From contig CAVRYJ010000044.1 in the NCBI GenBank assembly GCA_963725425.1, forward strand, positions 132,263 to 196,262: a stretch of DNA of 64,000 nt, written 5' to 3'. Every line of letters starts with the position of its first letter. Position 1 is the first letter of the stretch. The stretch is from an uncultured Clostridiaceae bacterium (GTDB taxonomy: Bacteria; Bacillota; Clostridia; Clostridiales; Clostridiaceae). Positions 29,643 to 40,866 of this stretch are shown here, piece after piece. The position numbers and the translations under genes were made by a program. A model generated the notes under the pieces. It ran no database searches. It saw nothing but the letters and a program-made list of their open reading frames with translations, and was not told the origin of the DNA.

Positions 29643-32600
29643 ATGAAGAAGAAAAGTTTAAGTATACTTATTGCAGTAGCATTAGCATCAACAACAATAT
29701 TACCAGCAGCTAGTGTTTTCGCAGACACTACTACACCAGTAACAACTACTACAGCACCAGTAGCAGTAACATCAGCACCAGCATCAACATATGGTGTTGA
29801 ATACGAGGGACAAGTTCAAAATATCGGATGGCAGACACCAGTTACTGAAACTGGAGATGCAACAGATATTACTTCAGCTCCAATAGCAGGAACTGTAGGA
29901 AAAGGTTTAAGAGTTGAAGCAGTGAAAATAGCAGGAACTAATTTACCAACAGGAGCTAGTATTACATACCAAGCTCAAGTACAGAATAAAGGATGGATGA
30001 CACCAGTTACATCAACTGGATCAGATATCACAGTAGCAGGAATGGCTGGAACTCAAAACCAAGGTCTTAGAGTTGAAGCATTTAAAATGACTTTAAGTGG
30101 TTTACCAGGATATGCAGTAGAATATCAAACACAAGTACAAAACAAAGGCTGGATGGATGCAGTTACAACTGCAAACGGAACTGATGTAACAGCAGCAGCA
30201 ATGGCTGGAACTCAAAACCAAGGACTTAGAATGGAAGCTTTAAAAATAGAAATCGTAAAAACAACTGCTGAAAAAACTGCAGAAGTAACTGCAATCAATT
30301 CAGTACAAACAGCAGAAGCTTCAGGACTCGCAGCAGATATAACAACAGCTACAACAGCTATAGCACAAGTACAAGATACTGTTGAAAATGCAGCATTAAC
30401 TGCTAGAATAGCAGCTATAAATATTTCAGTTTCTTCAGTAAAAGCAGCAAGCGCTTCAAGTTTTGCAGTAGCACTTAGTAGTGCACCTGCACAACAATCA
30501 AAAATTACATTTACAGTAATGAATGGTACAACTCCTGTAACTGTAGCACCAACATGGAGTGCTGATGGAAAAACAGCTACATTAACAGCTGGATCAAATC
30601 TTCCAGAAAATACTTATACTGTTGATGTAAAAAACGGAACAACTGATCTTGGAACTACAAGTGTAACTGTAACAGAACAAAAATTGCTAGTATTACAATA
30701 ACTTCAACTACATTAGCAGTTCAGACTGTTAACAATGTTCAGACTGGATTTGCAAGTTATAAAGTATTAGATCAATATGGAAATGATATTACAACTTCAG
30801 CTCTTGCTAATGATATAACATTCCAAAGTGGAGTTGGTACAGTTTCAGGAAGTAATGGTGAAATTACAATAACACCAAGTACTAATATGAATCTTATTAC
30901 ATTCCCAACAATTAATATAACTGCATATGATTCAACAAGTGCAACTAGTACAAGTGCTTCTTTAACTACATCTACACAAGAAGGAACATTAAGTAATTTT
31001 GTACTTGGAACAGCATTAACAAATGCTAATGGTAAAGTATTAACTGCAGGAGACACTACAGATATATTCTACCTTCCATTCACAGCTACAGATATAAGTG
31101 GTAATCCTACATCAAATTACAATTTGATTGTCAATGGTGTAGTTACAAACACAAGTACTAGTGGTCTTAAAAATTGCATAACTTCAACAGATACTGATGT
31201 AACTGCTCAAATTGTAAAAGATCCAAACAATTCAAACAATGCAGTAATTCAAGTAACTGATAATGGAAATAATGTTCCTCAAGATATGCCACTAGTACTT
31301 AGTGCTATGACATATACAGCAAAGACTTCATCATTGAATGTTACTTTGAAGAGAGAAGCAGAATTATCTAAATTTACTTTACAGGCTCCTTCAACAGAAG
31401 TAGCTGAAAATGATGCCTCAGCTATAATTCCATTTACAGCTGCAGATCAAGATGGAAATGTAATAACAGCATATAGCAGTATAGTTGGAAAAGTTACTTT
31501 AAGTTCTAATGCAACACTTATAGATAATGCTGATGGAACTGCTTCAGTTCAACTTAACGGACCATTTACAAGTACAGGAAATCAAATGGTAACAGCAACT
31601 TGCACAGGAGCAAGTACTGATGGATATAGTTCAGTAAATATAAATGTTCAGAATAACGCAGTAGCTAATGCATTAACTTTAAGTTCAACAATACTTATAA
31701 ATTCAATGCAACCAGGTGCAACACAGGCTGTAGATTTTGGATATAACAAAGGTGGTTTAACCGTTGCAGATCAATATGATAGAACTATGAACATGACAGG
31801 CGCTCCTGGTACTTACGAAGTTGTACCAAGTACTAGTAATAGTAATGTTGTTAGTGTTTCTGGTATTGCAGCCGGTGGAACAGGTATTACGGTTACTGGT
31901 GGAATAACAGGATCAGCAACAGTTACTTTCAACTTGATTAATACTACTGCTCCAAATACAATAATTGATTCAAAGTCAGAAATAATATCAGTTGTAGATG
32001 GTACTAACATCACAGGATATACAATAGGAGCAGTAACAAGTCCTATATATGTTGGAACTATTACCGCAGCAGATGGAACGAGCGCTCAACAAACAGGCGA
32101 TGATTATTTTGCTAATCCAGTTGTTTACGGAACAACATCAAATGGAACAAAAATAGCATTAGGTACTACTACTAAATCTTCAGTTACAGGTGTATCAAGT
32201 AATACAATAGTAGCAGCAAACGTTGATAATACTACAAACTTTAAACTTGAAGGTGATGTAGATCCATCTGATATATACGTTGGAGCAACAACAACAACAA
32301 ATAATGCAACAACAGCAAGCACTAATCTAAACGTAACAATTAATGGTGCTGATGGTCACATACATCAATTGAGTACACCTATTACATCTTCAACAGCAAC
32401 ACCAGTAGCTTCTTCAGTTGGTGTTAATGTAGCTACACAAAATGCTGGTGTTTCATTAGATAGTACTGGAACTAATGTAACAGTTAACTTATCAACAGCT
32501 AATTTAGCTAATATTGGATTAACAGCTGGTAGTTATTTGACTAAATTCACACCATCAGGTGCTGCAACTAAACAAGTAATTTACTTAGCTCCTAATGATC

Positions 32601-33436
32601 AATATGGAGAATCAGATACTAATTTATCAAGTCTTACACAAACTTCAGTTTCACCAGCAGGACAATTTAGTGTAAGTTCAACTGGATTAATATCAGGAAC
32701 TCCTGTATCCGGACAGACTGTTACACTTACAGGTGCAGCTGGTGCATATAGTAAGACAATTAATATAACATTCACAGGAACTGCACCAGTAGTAACACCT
32801 ACTGCCGTAGTATTAGGATCAGGATCAGTAACAGGAGCAGTAGCAGGAGATACAAAAATCACAGGATTAACTGCTAATACAGCATATAATGTATCAGTAG
32901 GAGGAGCAACAGCAACTTCAAAGACAACTGATGCAACTGGAGCAATCACAGGATTAATTGATGGTGATACTTATACAGTTACAGCTATAGCAGCACCTAC
33001 TGCCGTAATATTAGGATCAGGATCAGTAACAGGAGCAGTAGCAGGAGATAAAACAATCACAGGATTAACTGCTAATACAGCATATAATGTATCATTAGGT
33101 GGAGCAACAGCAACATCAATGACCACAGATGCAACTGGAGCAATCACAGGATTAATTGATGGTGATACTTATACAGTTACAGCTATAGTAGCACCAGCAG
33201 CTGGCACATTAAATGGAACAGTTGGTGCTCAAGATATATTTGGTAACTATTATGCAACAATAACAGTACCAGATTCATCAAAAGTTACAGCTGTTACAGA
33301 TCAAGGAACAGCTTTAGTACTAGGAGATACTTATTCTGCACCAACAGCAACTACTATAAAAGTACCTGTTACATCAAATGCAGATGTAGTTACAGTTACT
33401 ATTGGTGGAGTTGTTAACACTGTAGTATTGAAATAA
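29643..33436 (+). CDS. Large S-layer-like surface protein with N-terminal ChW repeats (frameshift in an A-run at ~30680)
   Basis: Signal peptide, strong RBS; YEGQVQNIGWQ, YQAQVQNKGWM, YQTQVQNKGWM ChW-type repeats; Thr/Ala/Val-rich beta domains; two 198-bp repeats near 32798-33190. Confidence 0.8.
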
Positions 33437-33472
33437 TTACAAATAAACTAAAAAAATCATTTAATATAATTA

Positions 33473-33513
33473 AAAGATTGGATGTTGTTCAATTTGAACA
33501 ACATCTAATCTTT
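33473..33513. terminator. Stem-loop after the S-layer-like gene
   Basis: AAAGATTGGATGTTGTTCAA / TTGAACAACATCTAATCTTT. Confidence 0.75.
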
Positions 33514-33544
33514 AAAAAAAGAAATACAGGAGGCTTTAAATATT

Positions 33545-35927
33545 ATGATATCAAAGAAGACTTTAGCAACTATTTCATTAGTTATTGCAATGTCAGCAAC
33601 TGTAGTTACACCAGTATTTGCAGCAGATAGTGATATTTATCTTTTACCAAATACTACAACACCTGCTTTTACTAAAGCAGCTACAACATCTCTAGTTAAT
33701 CAAAAAGCTATAGGATTGAACTCACAAAACTATGGTTATGAATATAAGGGTGAAATTTATAATTTTAATGATGTATCAACTCTTTTTAATACTGACTCAA
33801 GAAGTTTTACTCAAACTATGACAGATCTTCCAACTAAAGAAACTCCAGTAGGTCCAGTTACTCCAGCTACTGTTGTAGCTGTTAGTTCAGTAAGTGCTAT
33901 TAACGGTACGGTTACAGTAACATTAAGTGGTACACCTACAACAACACCAGTACTTAGTGATTTTACATTAACACAAGCAATAGGCTTAGGTAATGCTACA
34001 ACAGTAACACCTACAGCTATTAGTACTACTGGAAATGTTGTTACATTAACAGTACCAACAGTAGCAGGAACATCATCATCTCAAAGTATTGTTGATTCAG
34101 CAGCATACCAAAGTGGAACTGCAGTAAGTGCTACAGCTTACAATGTAGCAGCGGTTACTACAGTAGCATCAGAGCTTGCTAAGGTTACTAATGCATCAAT
34201 AGCAACAGTACCTTATGGAACAGATATTACAACAGCTGGAACTGCCCAAGCTACTGTAGAAGGATTAATTAAAATCTTCAGCTCTAGCAGATCTTGATGC
34301 AGGATATACAGTAACAATAGCACCAGGTTCAACTTATAGCCCAATAACAAATGCATGGACTGGTAAGCTAACAGTAACAGAAACTGCAACTGGTGCAACA
34401 GCTACAGATTCAACATACAGAGCTATCACAATAGTTACTGGAGTATCTACAGCAGGAGCAACATCAGAACTTGCTAATATTACAGCAGTAGCAGTACCAG
34501 CAACACCAGTGGTACCAGAAGTAACAACAGTACCTTATGGAACAGCAAACACTCAAACTGCTGTGGAATCAGCAATATTGGTATTAGCTAATTCAGAAGT
34601 TGATTCAGGATACACAGTAACAATAGCACCAGGTTCAACTTATAGCACTGCAACAAAAGTATGGAATGGAGAGTTCATAGTAACAAATAATACAACACCA
34701 GCAAATACAGCAACAGATGCAGCATACAGAACTGCAACAGTAGCTACTTCAGCATCTATAGCAGGAGCAACATCAGAGCTTGCTAAGGTTACTAATGCAT
34801 CAATAGCAACAGTACCTTATGGAACAGATATTACAACAGCTGGAACTGCCCAAGCTACTGTAGAAGGATTAATTAAATCTTCAGCTCTAGCAGATCTTGA
34901 TGCAGGATATACAGTAACAATAGCACCAGGTTCAACTTATAGTACTGCAACGAAGTTATGGACTGGTAAGTTAACAGTAACAGAAACTGCAACTGGTGCA
35001 ACAGTTACAGATTCAACATACAGAGCTATCACAATAGTTACTGGAGTATCTACAGCAGGAGCAACATCAGAACTTGCTAATATTACAGCAGTAGCAGTAC
35101 CAGCAACACCAGTGGTACCAGAAGTAACAACAGTACCTTATGGAACAGCAAACACTCAAACTGCTGTGGAATCAGCAATATTGGTATTAGCTAATTCAGA
35201 AGTTGATTCAGGATACACAGTAACAATAGCACCAGGTTCAACTTATAGCACTGCAACAAAAGTATGGAATGGAGAGTTCATAGTAACAAATAATACAACA
35301 CCAGCAAATACAGCAACAGATGCAGCATACAGAACTGCAACAGTAGCTACTTCAGTATCTACTGCAGGAGCAACATCAGAGCTTGCTAAGGTTACTAATG
35401 CATCAATAGCAACAGTACCTTATGGAACAAATATTACTACAGCTGGAACTGCCCAAGCTACTGTAGAAGGATTAATTAAATCTTCAGCTCTAGCAGACCT
35501 TGATGCAGGATATACAGTAACAATAGCACCAGGTTCAACTTATAGTACTGCAACGAAACTATGGACTGGTGAGCTAACAGTAACAGAAACTGCAACTGGT
35601 GCAACAGCTACAGATTCAACATATAGAACTATCACAATAGCTACTGGAGCAGATACAACAGGAGCAACATTAGCACTTGCTAATATTACTACTGCATCAG
35701 TACAAACATTACCTTCTGGAACAGCTAACACTCAAGCTGGAGTGGAATCAGCAATCCTTGTATTAGCTAATTCAGAAGTTGGTACAGGTTATACAGTAAC
35801 AATAGCACCAGGTTCATCTTATAATACTGTAACGAAAGCATGGAGTGGTAAGTTCATAGTAACTAATAATACAACTCCTTCAAATACTGTTACAGATGCA
35901 GCAAGAACTTTCATAGTAGCTCAATAA
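33545..35927 (+). CDS. Secreted constant-N-module protein with three 603-bp repeats; predicted 5' exon of the group II intron (extra A at ~34272)
   Basis: MISKKTLATISLV...VFAADSDIYLL...GLNSQNYGYEY module; repeat units start near 34167, 34771, 35374, and later units show the correct frame (AAA, not AAAA). Confidence 0.85.
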
Positions 35928-36685
35928 TAAAAGTGCGAAACGTTACTCAATAAATTCTGATTAGAATTTATTGAGTGGAGATTAAAGACTCATTTCATTT
36001 AGAGGAATGAGTCTTTTCTTTAACTCCTTTATAGAATTGACAGGTGAAAGCCCTGTCTAGGACAACAGCTAGTATGTCCTATGTCTAATCCTCCTGCACA
36101 CCACATAAATCTGCTTACTTTATGGATGTGAAGCCAGGTGAAGTCGTAATAGGTGTAAGGCCTGTGCGGGGCTCCTTAAAAGGTTGCTATGATCAATATA
36201 ATATAATCCATGTTTATGCGGTATAAAAGTAGTTCATGCTGTTAAAATAACCATACCTTGGGCTTGGCACGAAACAGTGGGAACTAGATGTCCTACTGAA
36301 TTAAGAATAATTAAGCTGTTAAACTTAATTTGTTTATATCGTTAGTGGAGATCTAAGGCAGTCAAAAATAGGGATAATAAAGGGGAACGTTTGATGCTGT
36401 GCATAAGGAGGATTAGCAGATCCAATGAAAGATGTACGGGCTCAGCGGGTTCATAGTAGCAATGATACTCAGCCGAAAGCTAGAGTTTGAAAAGACTCTG
36501 AAATACTCATATGGTAACATAGGGGAAGGATAAAACTGAGTTAGCCAAGGAACCCAGTCGGTGATAGTAATATTGGATTAAACCAATTTTGTTAAGTCGA
36601 TGGAACGCCGTATGCCATGAAAGTGGCACGTACGGTGTGGACCGATCGAAATCCAATCATTTAAATTGAGTGGATAGTGAGGGAT
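35925..36685 (+). ncRNA. ORF-less group II intron (bacterial class B / IIB-like ribozyme) with predicted 5' splice site 8 nt upstream of GUGCG
   Basis: GTGCG at 35933; D3-like AGCGGGTTCATAGTAG...GGAAGGATAAAACTG; short ORF-less D4; canonical 34-nt D5 ACGCCGTATGCCAT-GAAA-GTGGCACGTACGGTGT (36605-36638); loop TACCTTGGGCT (36254-36264) complementary to the predicted junction AGCTCAA|GGAA. Confidence 0.88.
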
Positions 36686-37618
36686 GGAACAGTAAAAGCA
36701 GAACAAGTAGCACCAACAGGATTAGGAAGTGTAGCACCAACCGCAGCACTAACAGATGGTATCATAACAGGTACAACAGTTGCTATGCAATATAAATTAT
36801 CATCCGCTACAAATTATACTGCTGTAACAGGAACATCAATCACAGGTTTAGTAGCAGGAACTTATGATGTAAGATATGCAGCTAAAACAGGCTATAATGC
36901 TGGAACTGATGCAACTGTAACAGTTGGAGCTTATGTATCACCAATAACTGTAACTAGTTCATTAGTTAAAACAACTCATGGAAGCGCAGCATCTCTTGGA
37001 GCAGACCAAGTTACTATATTACAGTTTAACGGTGATACAAACGTAGCTGCAGATGGAAGCATCACAGTTACATTTGCAGATGGAACTCAAACTGTTGCTA
37101 AAACAGTAGCAGTTAGCGCAGGCGATACTAATTCAATTGTTGCAGGTAAAATCATTGCTGCATTTGCAACTGGTTTAACTGGAGTAACAGCTACTCAAGA
37201 AAACAATATAGCTGAATTTACTGAAAATTCACCAGCAGCTAACAATAATAATATTATTATAACATTGGCGCCTGGTTCAGTTACTGGTATAGATGATGAA
37301 GGAGGATCACTCATCATGATACGAGGATCAGCAGCATCAACAGGAGCAGCAGAAGTTAATACTTTAACTGTTACCGCTGCAACTGTAAATGTAAATGGAA
37401 ACATCACAGTTACATTTGCAGATGGAACTCAAACTGTTGCTAAAACGGTAGCAGTTAGTGCAGGCGATAATGCTTCAACTGTTGCAACTAAAATCAATGA
37501 TGCATTTGCAACTGGTTTAACTGGAGTAACAGCTACAGCTGTAGGTAACACTGTAGTATTTACTGCAAATACCCCAGCTATTGATAAAAATGTTACAGTA
37601 CTGATCAGTGCACTTTAA
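36686..37618 (+). CDS. Start-less surface-protein segment; predicted 3' exon (DUF4073-like and other beta domains)
   Basis: No signal peptide and no convincing RBS/start; QVAPTGLGSVAPT...DGIITGTTVAMQYK...ITGLVAGTYDVRYAA; in frame with the upstream gene after the predicted splice. Confidence 0.7.
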   Translation, partial: GTVKAEQVAPTGLGSVAPTAALTDGIITGTTVAMQYKLSSATNYTAVTGTSITGLVAGTYDVRYAAKTGYNAGTDATVTVGAYVSPITVTSSLVKTTHGSAASLGADQVTILQFNGDTNVAADGSITVTFADGTQTVAKTVAVSAGDTNSIVAGKIIAAFATGLTGVTATQENNIAEFTENSPAANNNNIIITLAPGSVTGIDDEGGSLIMIRGSAASTGAAEVNTLTVTAATVNVNGNITVTFADGTQTVAKTVAVSAGDNASTVATKINDAFATGLTGVTATAVGNTVVFTANTPAIDKNVTVLISAL

Positions 37619-37679
37619 TAGCAAATTCGCTTCGCTCGTAAATACCCAGAGTTTCTGAGAAAAATGTGAATTAACAAAT

Positions 37680-38418
37680 AGAATAAGAAGATAGAATCGT
37701 CTGACGTGACGGTTCTTTTCTTTATCTAAAAATAACCACTCTGCCATCCTATTGCAACATCAAGTTAGAAACTATCAATAACTATTACTAACTACATCAC
37801 AAATCATATTATGTATACTAATCTAATATTTTAAATAATATAAATCAATATCTATTTAGTATGATGATTTACATTGTTTAGAATACTAAATAATGTATAA
37901 AAGGAGTATATCTATATTCTTCTCATAATTGTGTTTTCATATACAGTATAGAGCCTTTAATAATTGTTTCGTCTTTAAAAGAACTAAATAAATAAAAACG
38001 TCATCATGTCTTTTGATATGGTGGCTTTTGTTTAAGTAGGTTATTATAACACATATTAAACTATAATTCGACTATTTGTTGATGGAAACATAGGAATATA
38101 ATGTTAATATTTCATAAACATTTAATGACATTAAATAAATATTAGAAATACATGGAAAGAATAATAGAATTATATGACAATAAAATTAGAACAATGTACC
38201 AATAAAAAGATTAATTCACTCACAAAGCCTAAAAAGCTCATTTCACTGCAAAACTTCAAAGAAATTTACTGCAAAAGAATTCTCATATTCATCAGTAAAT
38301 CCTCATTCTATTCATTTCAATAGTTTCTAATAATTCGACACTGCATATTCTTCACTGCATAATCTAAATAATGCAGTAAACCTGTATAAGTCTAAGATAG
38401 ATTAAAATCTGTCTTAGG
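37680..38418 (+). repeat. ~730-bp non-coding direct repeat, copy 1 (begins with a REP-like hairpin)
   Basis: Collinear, imperfect match to 50200-50913. Confidence 0.9.
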
Positions 38419-38454
38419 CTATTTTGGGTATCTGTAACTAAAAGATAATGAAAT

Positions 38455-38650
38455 ATATATCTCATATTCCGCACAATGATTTTCATATTTACTATATTTG
38501 ATTTCTTGCTTTGAATATTCGTAATATAGCTAAAAATCATAGGATGAAAATGCTTTAATGTTCATAAATTGATACCATTTAAAGGCATAAACTGTATGAA
38601 ATCAGCAAATACATTGCATTATTATGCATTCAGCGGAATATGAGATATAT
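38455..38650. repeat. Perfect 18-bp inverted repeats enclosing 160 bp
   Basis: ATATATCTCATATTCCGC (38455-38472) and GCGGAATATGAGATATAT (38633-38650). Confidence 0.9.
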
Positions 38651-38693
38651 TATTTCTTTGAATAGAAAATAGAATTCAAGGGGGAATAATATC

Positions 38694-39053
38694 ATGATTA
38701 AGATATCACATACAAGAGAAGTTCAAGCTACAAACCACCTACCATTAGAGGTATCAGCAAAAGTACTAGAAATAGCTACAATTCTTGATGATAACTACGG
38801 AGTAACAAGGGATGAACACTATGATTTAGGCGGATACATTCTGATAGTAGAAGATGAAAAAGACGTGGATAGAATAAAGGAACTAATGGATTTTAAGTTT
38901 ACATTACCAGAGTATGTAGACTTAATAGCTTGTAAAAATGGTAAAGAAAACTACACTAACTCATTGATACTTCTCAGCAGTGATTTCAGTATTAGTCTAA
39001 TAATACCCATGAGCAGTACACCTAAAGAACTGCTAAAATATTTGAAGGAATAG
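38694..39053 (+). CDS. Hypothetical protein
   Basis: 119-aa ORF with RBS AAGGGGG, adjacent to the integrase gene. Confidence 0.65.
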   Translation: MIKISHTREVQATNHLPLEVSAKVLEIATILDDNYGVTRDEHYDLGGYILIVEDEKDVDRIKELMDFKFTLPEYVDLIACKNGKENYTNSLILLSSDFSISLIIPMSSTPKELLKYLKE

Positions 39054-39055
39054 CA

Positions 39056-39963
39056 ATGAGTGATATTAGTACTACAGAGATTGTGGCTGAAAAAATAGTA
39101 GTAGATTTTGAGCAAACATTATCAGAAGACGGAAAAGCTGCTAAGACATTGGAAAGCTATGTTGGAGACATTAGAGTATTTCTTGAATGGTTAGATTCTA
39201 AGGGAAACATCTTCACAGGTAATCTAAAAAGGTTTCATGTTACCACCTACAAGAACTATCTAGTTCAAGAAGGCTATGGGTAAATACAATCAATAAAAAG
39301 ATAAATAGCTTACACTCCTTCAATCAATTCCTAGTTGATAAGGAATATCTAAATGAGCAAGTAGTAGACCTAAGAAAAGATAAGGTGAAAGTAGCCGCAG
39401 GCAGTGAGGGAGAAGTGGAAGTGTTAACAGATGCTGAAACTGAAAAGCTGCTATTCTACATTCAATCACAAAAAGTAACTGCTAGAGATAGGCTAATAAT
39501 ACTAATGCTCTTGTATACTGGTGTAAGAGTTTCAGAACTTGTAAATGTAAAGCTAAAAGATATAGACCTTTTAGCCATGAATCTAACTATATCCTGTGGT
39601 AAAGGTGGAAAGCGAAGAGAAGTTCCACTAAAGGGTGAGGTCATAGATGCTATCAAAGAATACTTAGAAGATGAAAGAAAGAGAAATAAGTTTGCTGAAA
39701 GTGAATTCCTAATCCTAACTAGTAGAGCAGGAAACATGGACAGGGATGCTGTAAACAAGCTTCTAAACAAGATGGGTAAAACTCTGGAAATAAGACTCCA
39801 TCCACACAAGTTTAGACATACATTTTGTACAAGGTTGTTGAAAAGAGGAGCAGAACTAACCACTGTTGCTAAATTAGCAGGTCATTCATCAATTCAAACA
39901 ACTGCTAAATTCTACATTAACACATCACAAAAGGACAAGAGAGATGCAGTGGAAATGTTGTAG
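39056..39963 (+). CDS. Tyrosine recombinase/integrase (frameshift in a G-run at ~39280)
   Basis: N-terminal SAM-like part (KTLESYVGDIRVFLEWL); YTGVRVSEL, GKGGKRREVPL, HPHKFRHTF, LAGHSSIQTTAKFY catalytic residues. Confidence 0.9.
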
Positions 39964-40005
39964 TAGGTACATTGAAAGTATTCTATTCACTACTACTAAC
40001 CTAAA

Positions 40006-40056
40006 ATATCAGCACTACTAGCAATGTAATAATTAGGATATTCATAGTGCTGATAT
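40006..40056. other. Island palindromic site A
   Basis: ATATCAGCACTA-N27-TAGTGCTGATAT. Confidence 0.75.
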
Positions 40057-40264
40057 ATAAGTCTATAATATTAAAAATGAAACAATAGAATTTTCAAATA
40101 TATATCATACCTATAGAAGAACAATACATGATTGCTACTTCACTGTAACATGCATTATCTGTAATAAAGTATTAAAGGCATCTAATCTCAAAGAAAAATG
40201 AGGTTAGATGCTATTTTTATGTCTAAAAGAAAATAAATATTGTAGGAGAAAGGGAGTACACAGA

Positions 40265-40576
40265 ATGTTTGATAATAAAAGATACATGACCAAGGGAATA
40301 GATGAGGAAATACCGTTAGAAATCCAATTATATTTATGGAATTGCATAGATACATTAAAAGAGAAAGGACGTGAACTAGACTACTTGCAGGTATTTAAGC
40401 TAGAAAAGATAAAAATAACATTTGCTAATATGGAATATCAGATGATAGAGCATAGGCAGGAAGTACCACAATTCATGATGTCCTATAATATATTTCCTAC
40501 TGAAATGGTAGATGCAAATATATTTGTAATAGATGATGGTAGGTATTCTACCATGATGTTAAGTGCGGAATACTAA
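40265..40576 (+). CDS. DUF960-like protein
   Basis: MFDNKRYMTKGIDEEIPLEIQLYLW...DYLQVFKL...FVIDDGRYSTMMLSAEY. Confidence 0.7.
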   Translation: MFDNKRYMTKGIDEEIPLEIQLYLWNCIDTLKEKGRELDYLQVFKLEKIKITFANMEYQMIEHRQEVPQFMMSYNIFPTEMVDANIFVIDDGRYSTMMLSAEY

Positions 40577-40590
40577 AGGGGGTTGGTTCT

Positions 40591-40737
40591 ATGGGAGAGA
40601 TATTGGCATTAATAGCAAAGATAATATTAATCATAGCACGAGGAATGAGTGCTGTTGAAGCTACCATAAAAGTAGCAGAAGAAACAGGAATTAATTTTGA
40701 TACATTGTGGGACTTTCTACCTAACAAGTGGAAGTGA
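40591..40737 (+). CDS. Small hypothetical protein (48 aa)
   Basis: RBS AAAGGGGG; MGEILALIAKIILIIARGMSAVEATIKVAEETGINFDTLWDFLPNKWK. Confidence 0.55.
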   Translation: MGEILALIAKIILIIARGMSAVEATIKVAEETGINFDTLWDFLPNKWK

Positions 40738-40866
40738 TACCACATAGAGCAGCTTATTGTTTAGGCTGCTTTTTTTATCTTCTAAAAACTTAAAATACCT
40801 AATAATATTGATGATAAAAATCAGTGTGACAATAATGTCGATAGTGCCGATAAATACATCTATAAA

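Noticed and set aside
35933-35937. Canonical 5' splice site at GUGCG
   Set aside because: It would leave two stop codons in the exon, and the loop at the EBS1 position is complementary to AGCTCAA, not ATAAAA. Disfavoured, not disproved.
36677-36685. GTG start for the 313-aa ORF given in the track
   Set aside because: No convincing RBS and no signal peptide; the codon lies inside the predicted intron D6, and EBS-loop pairing points to 36686 as the exon start.
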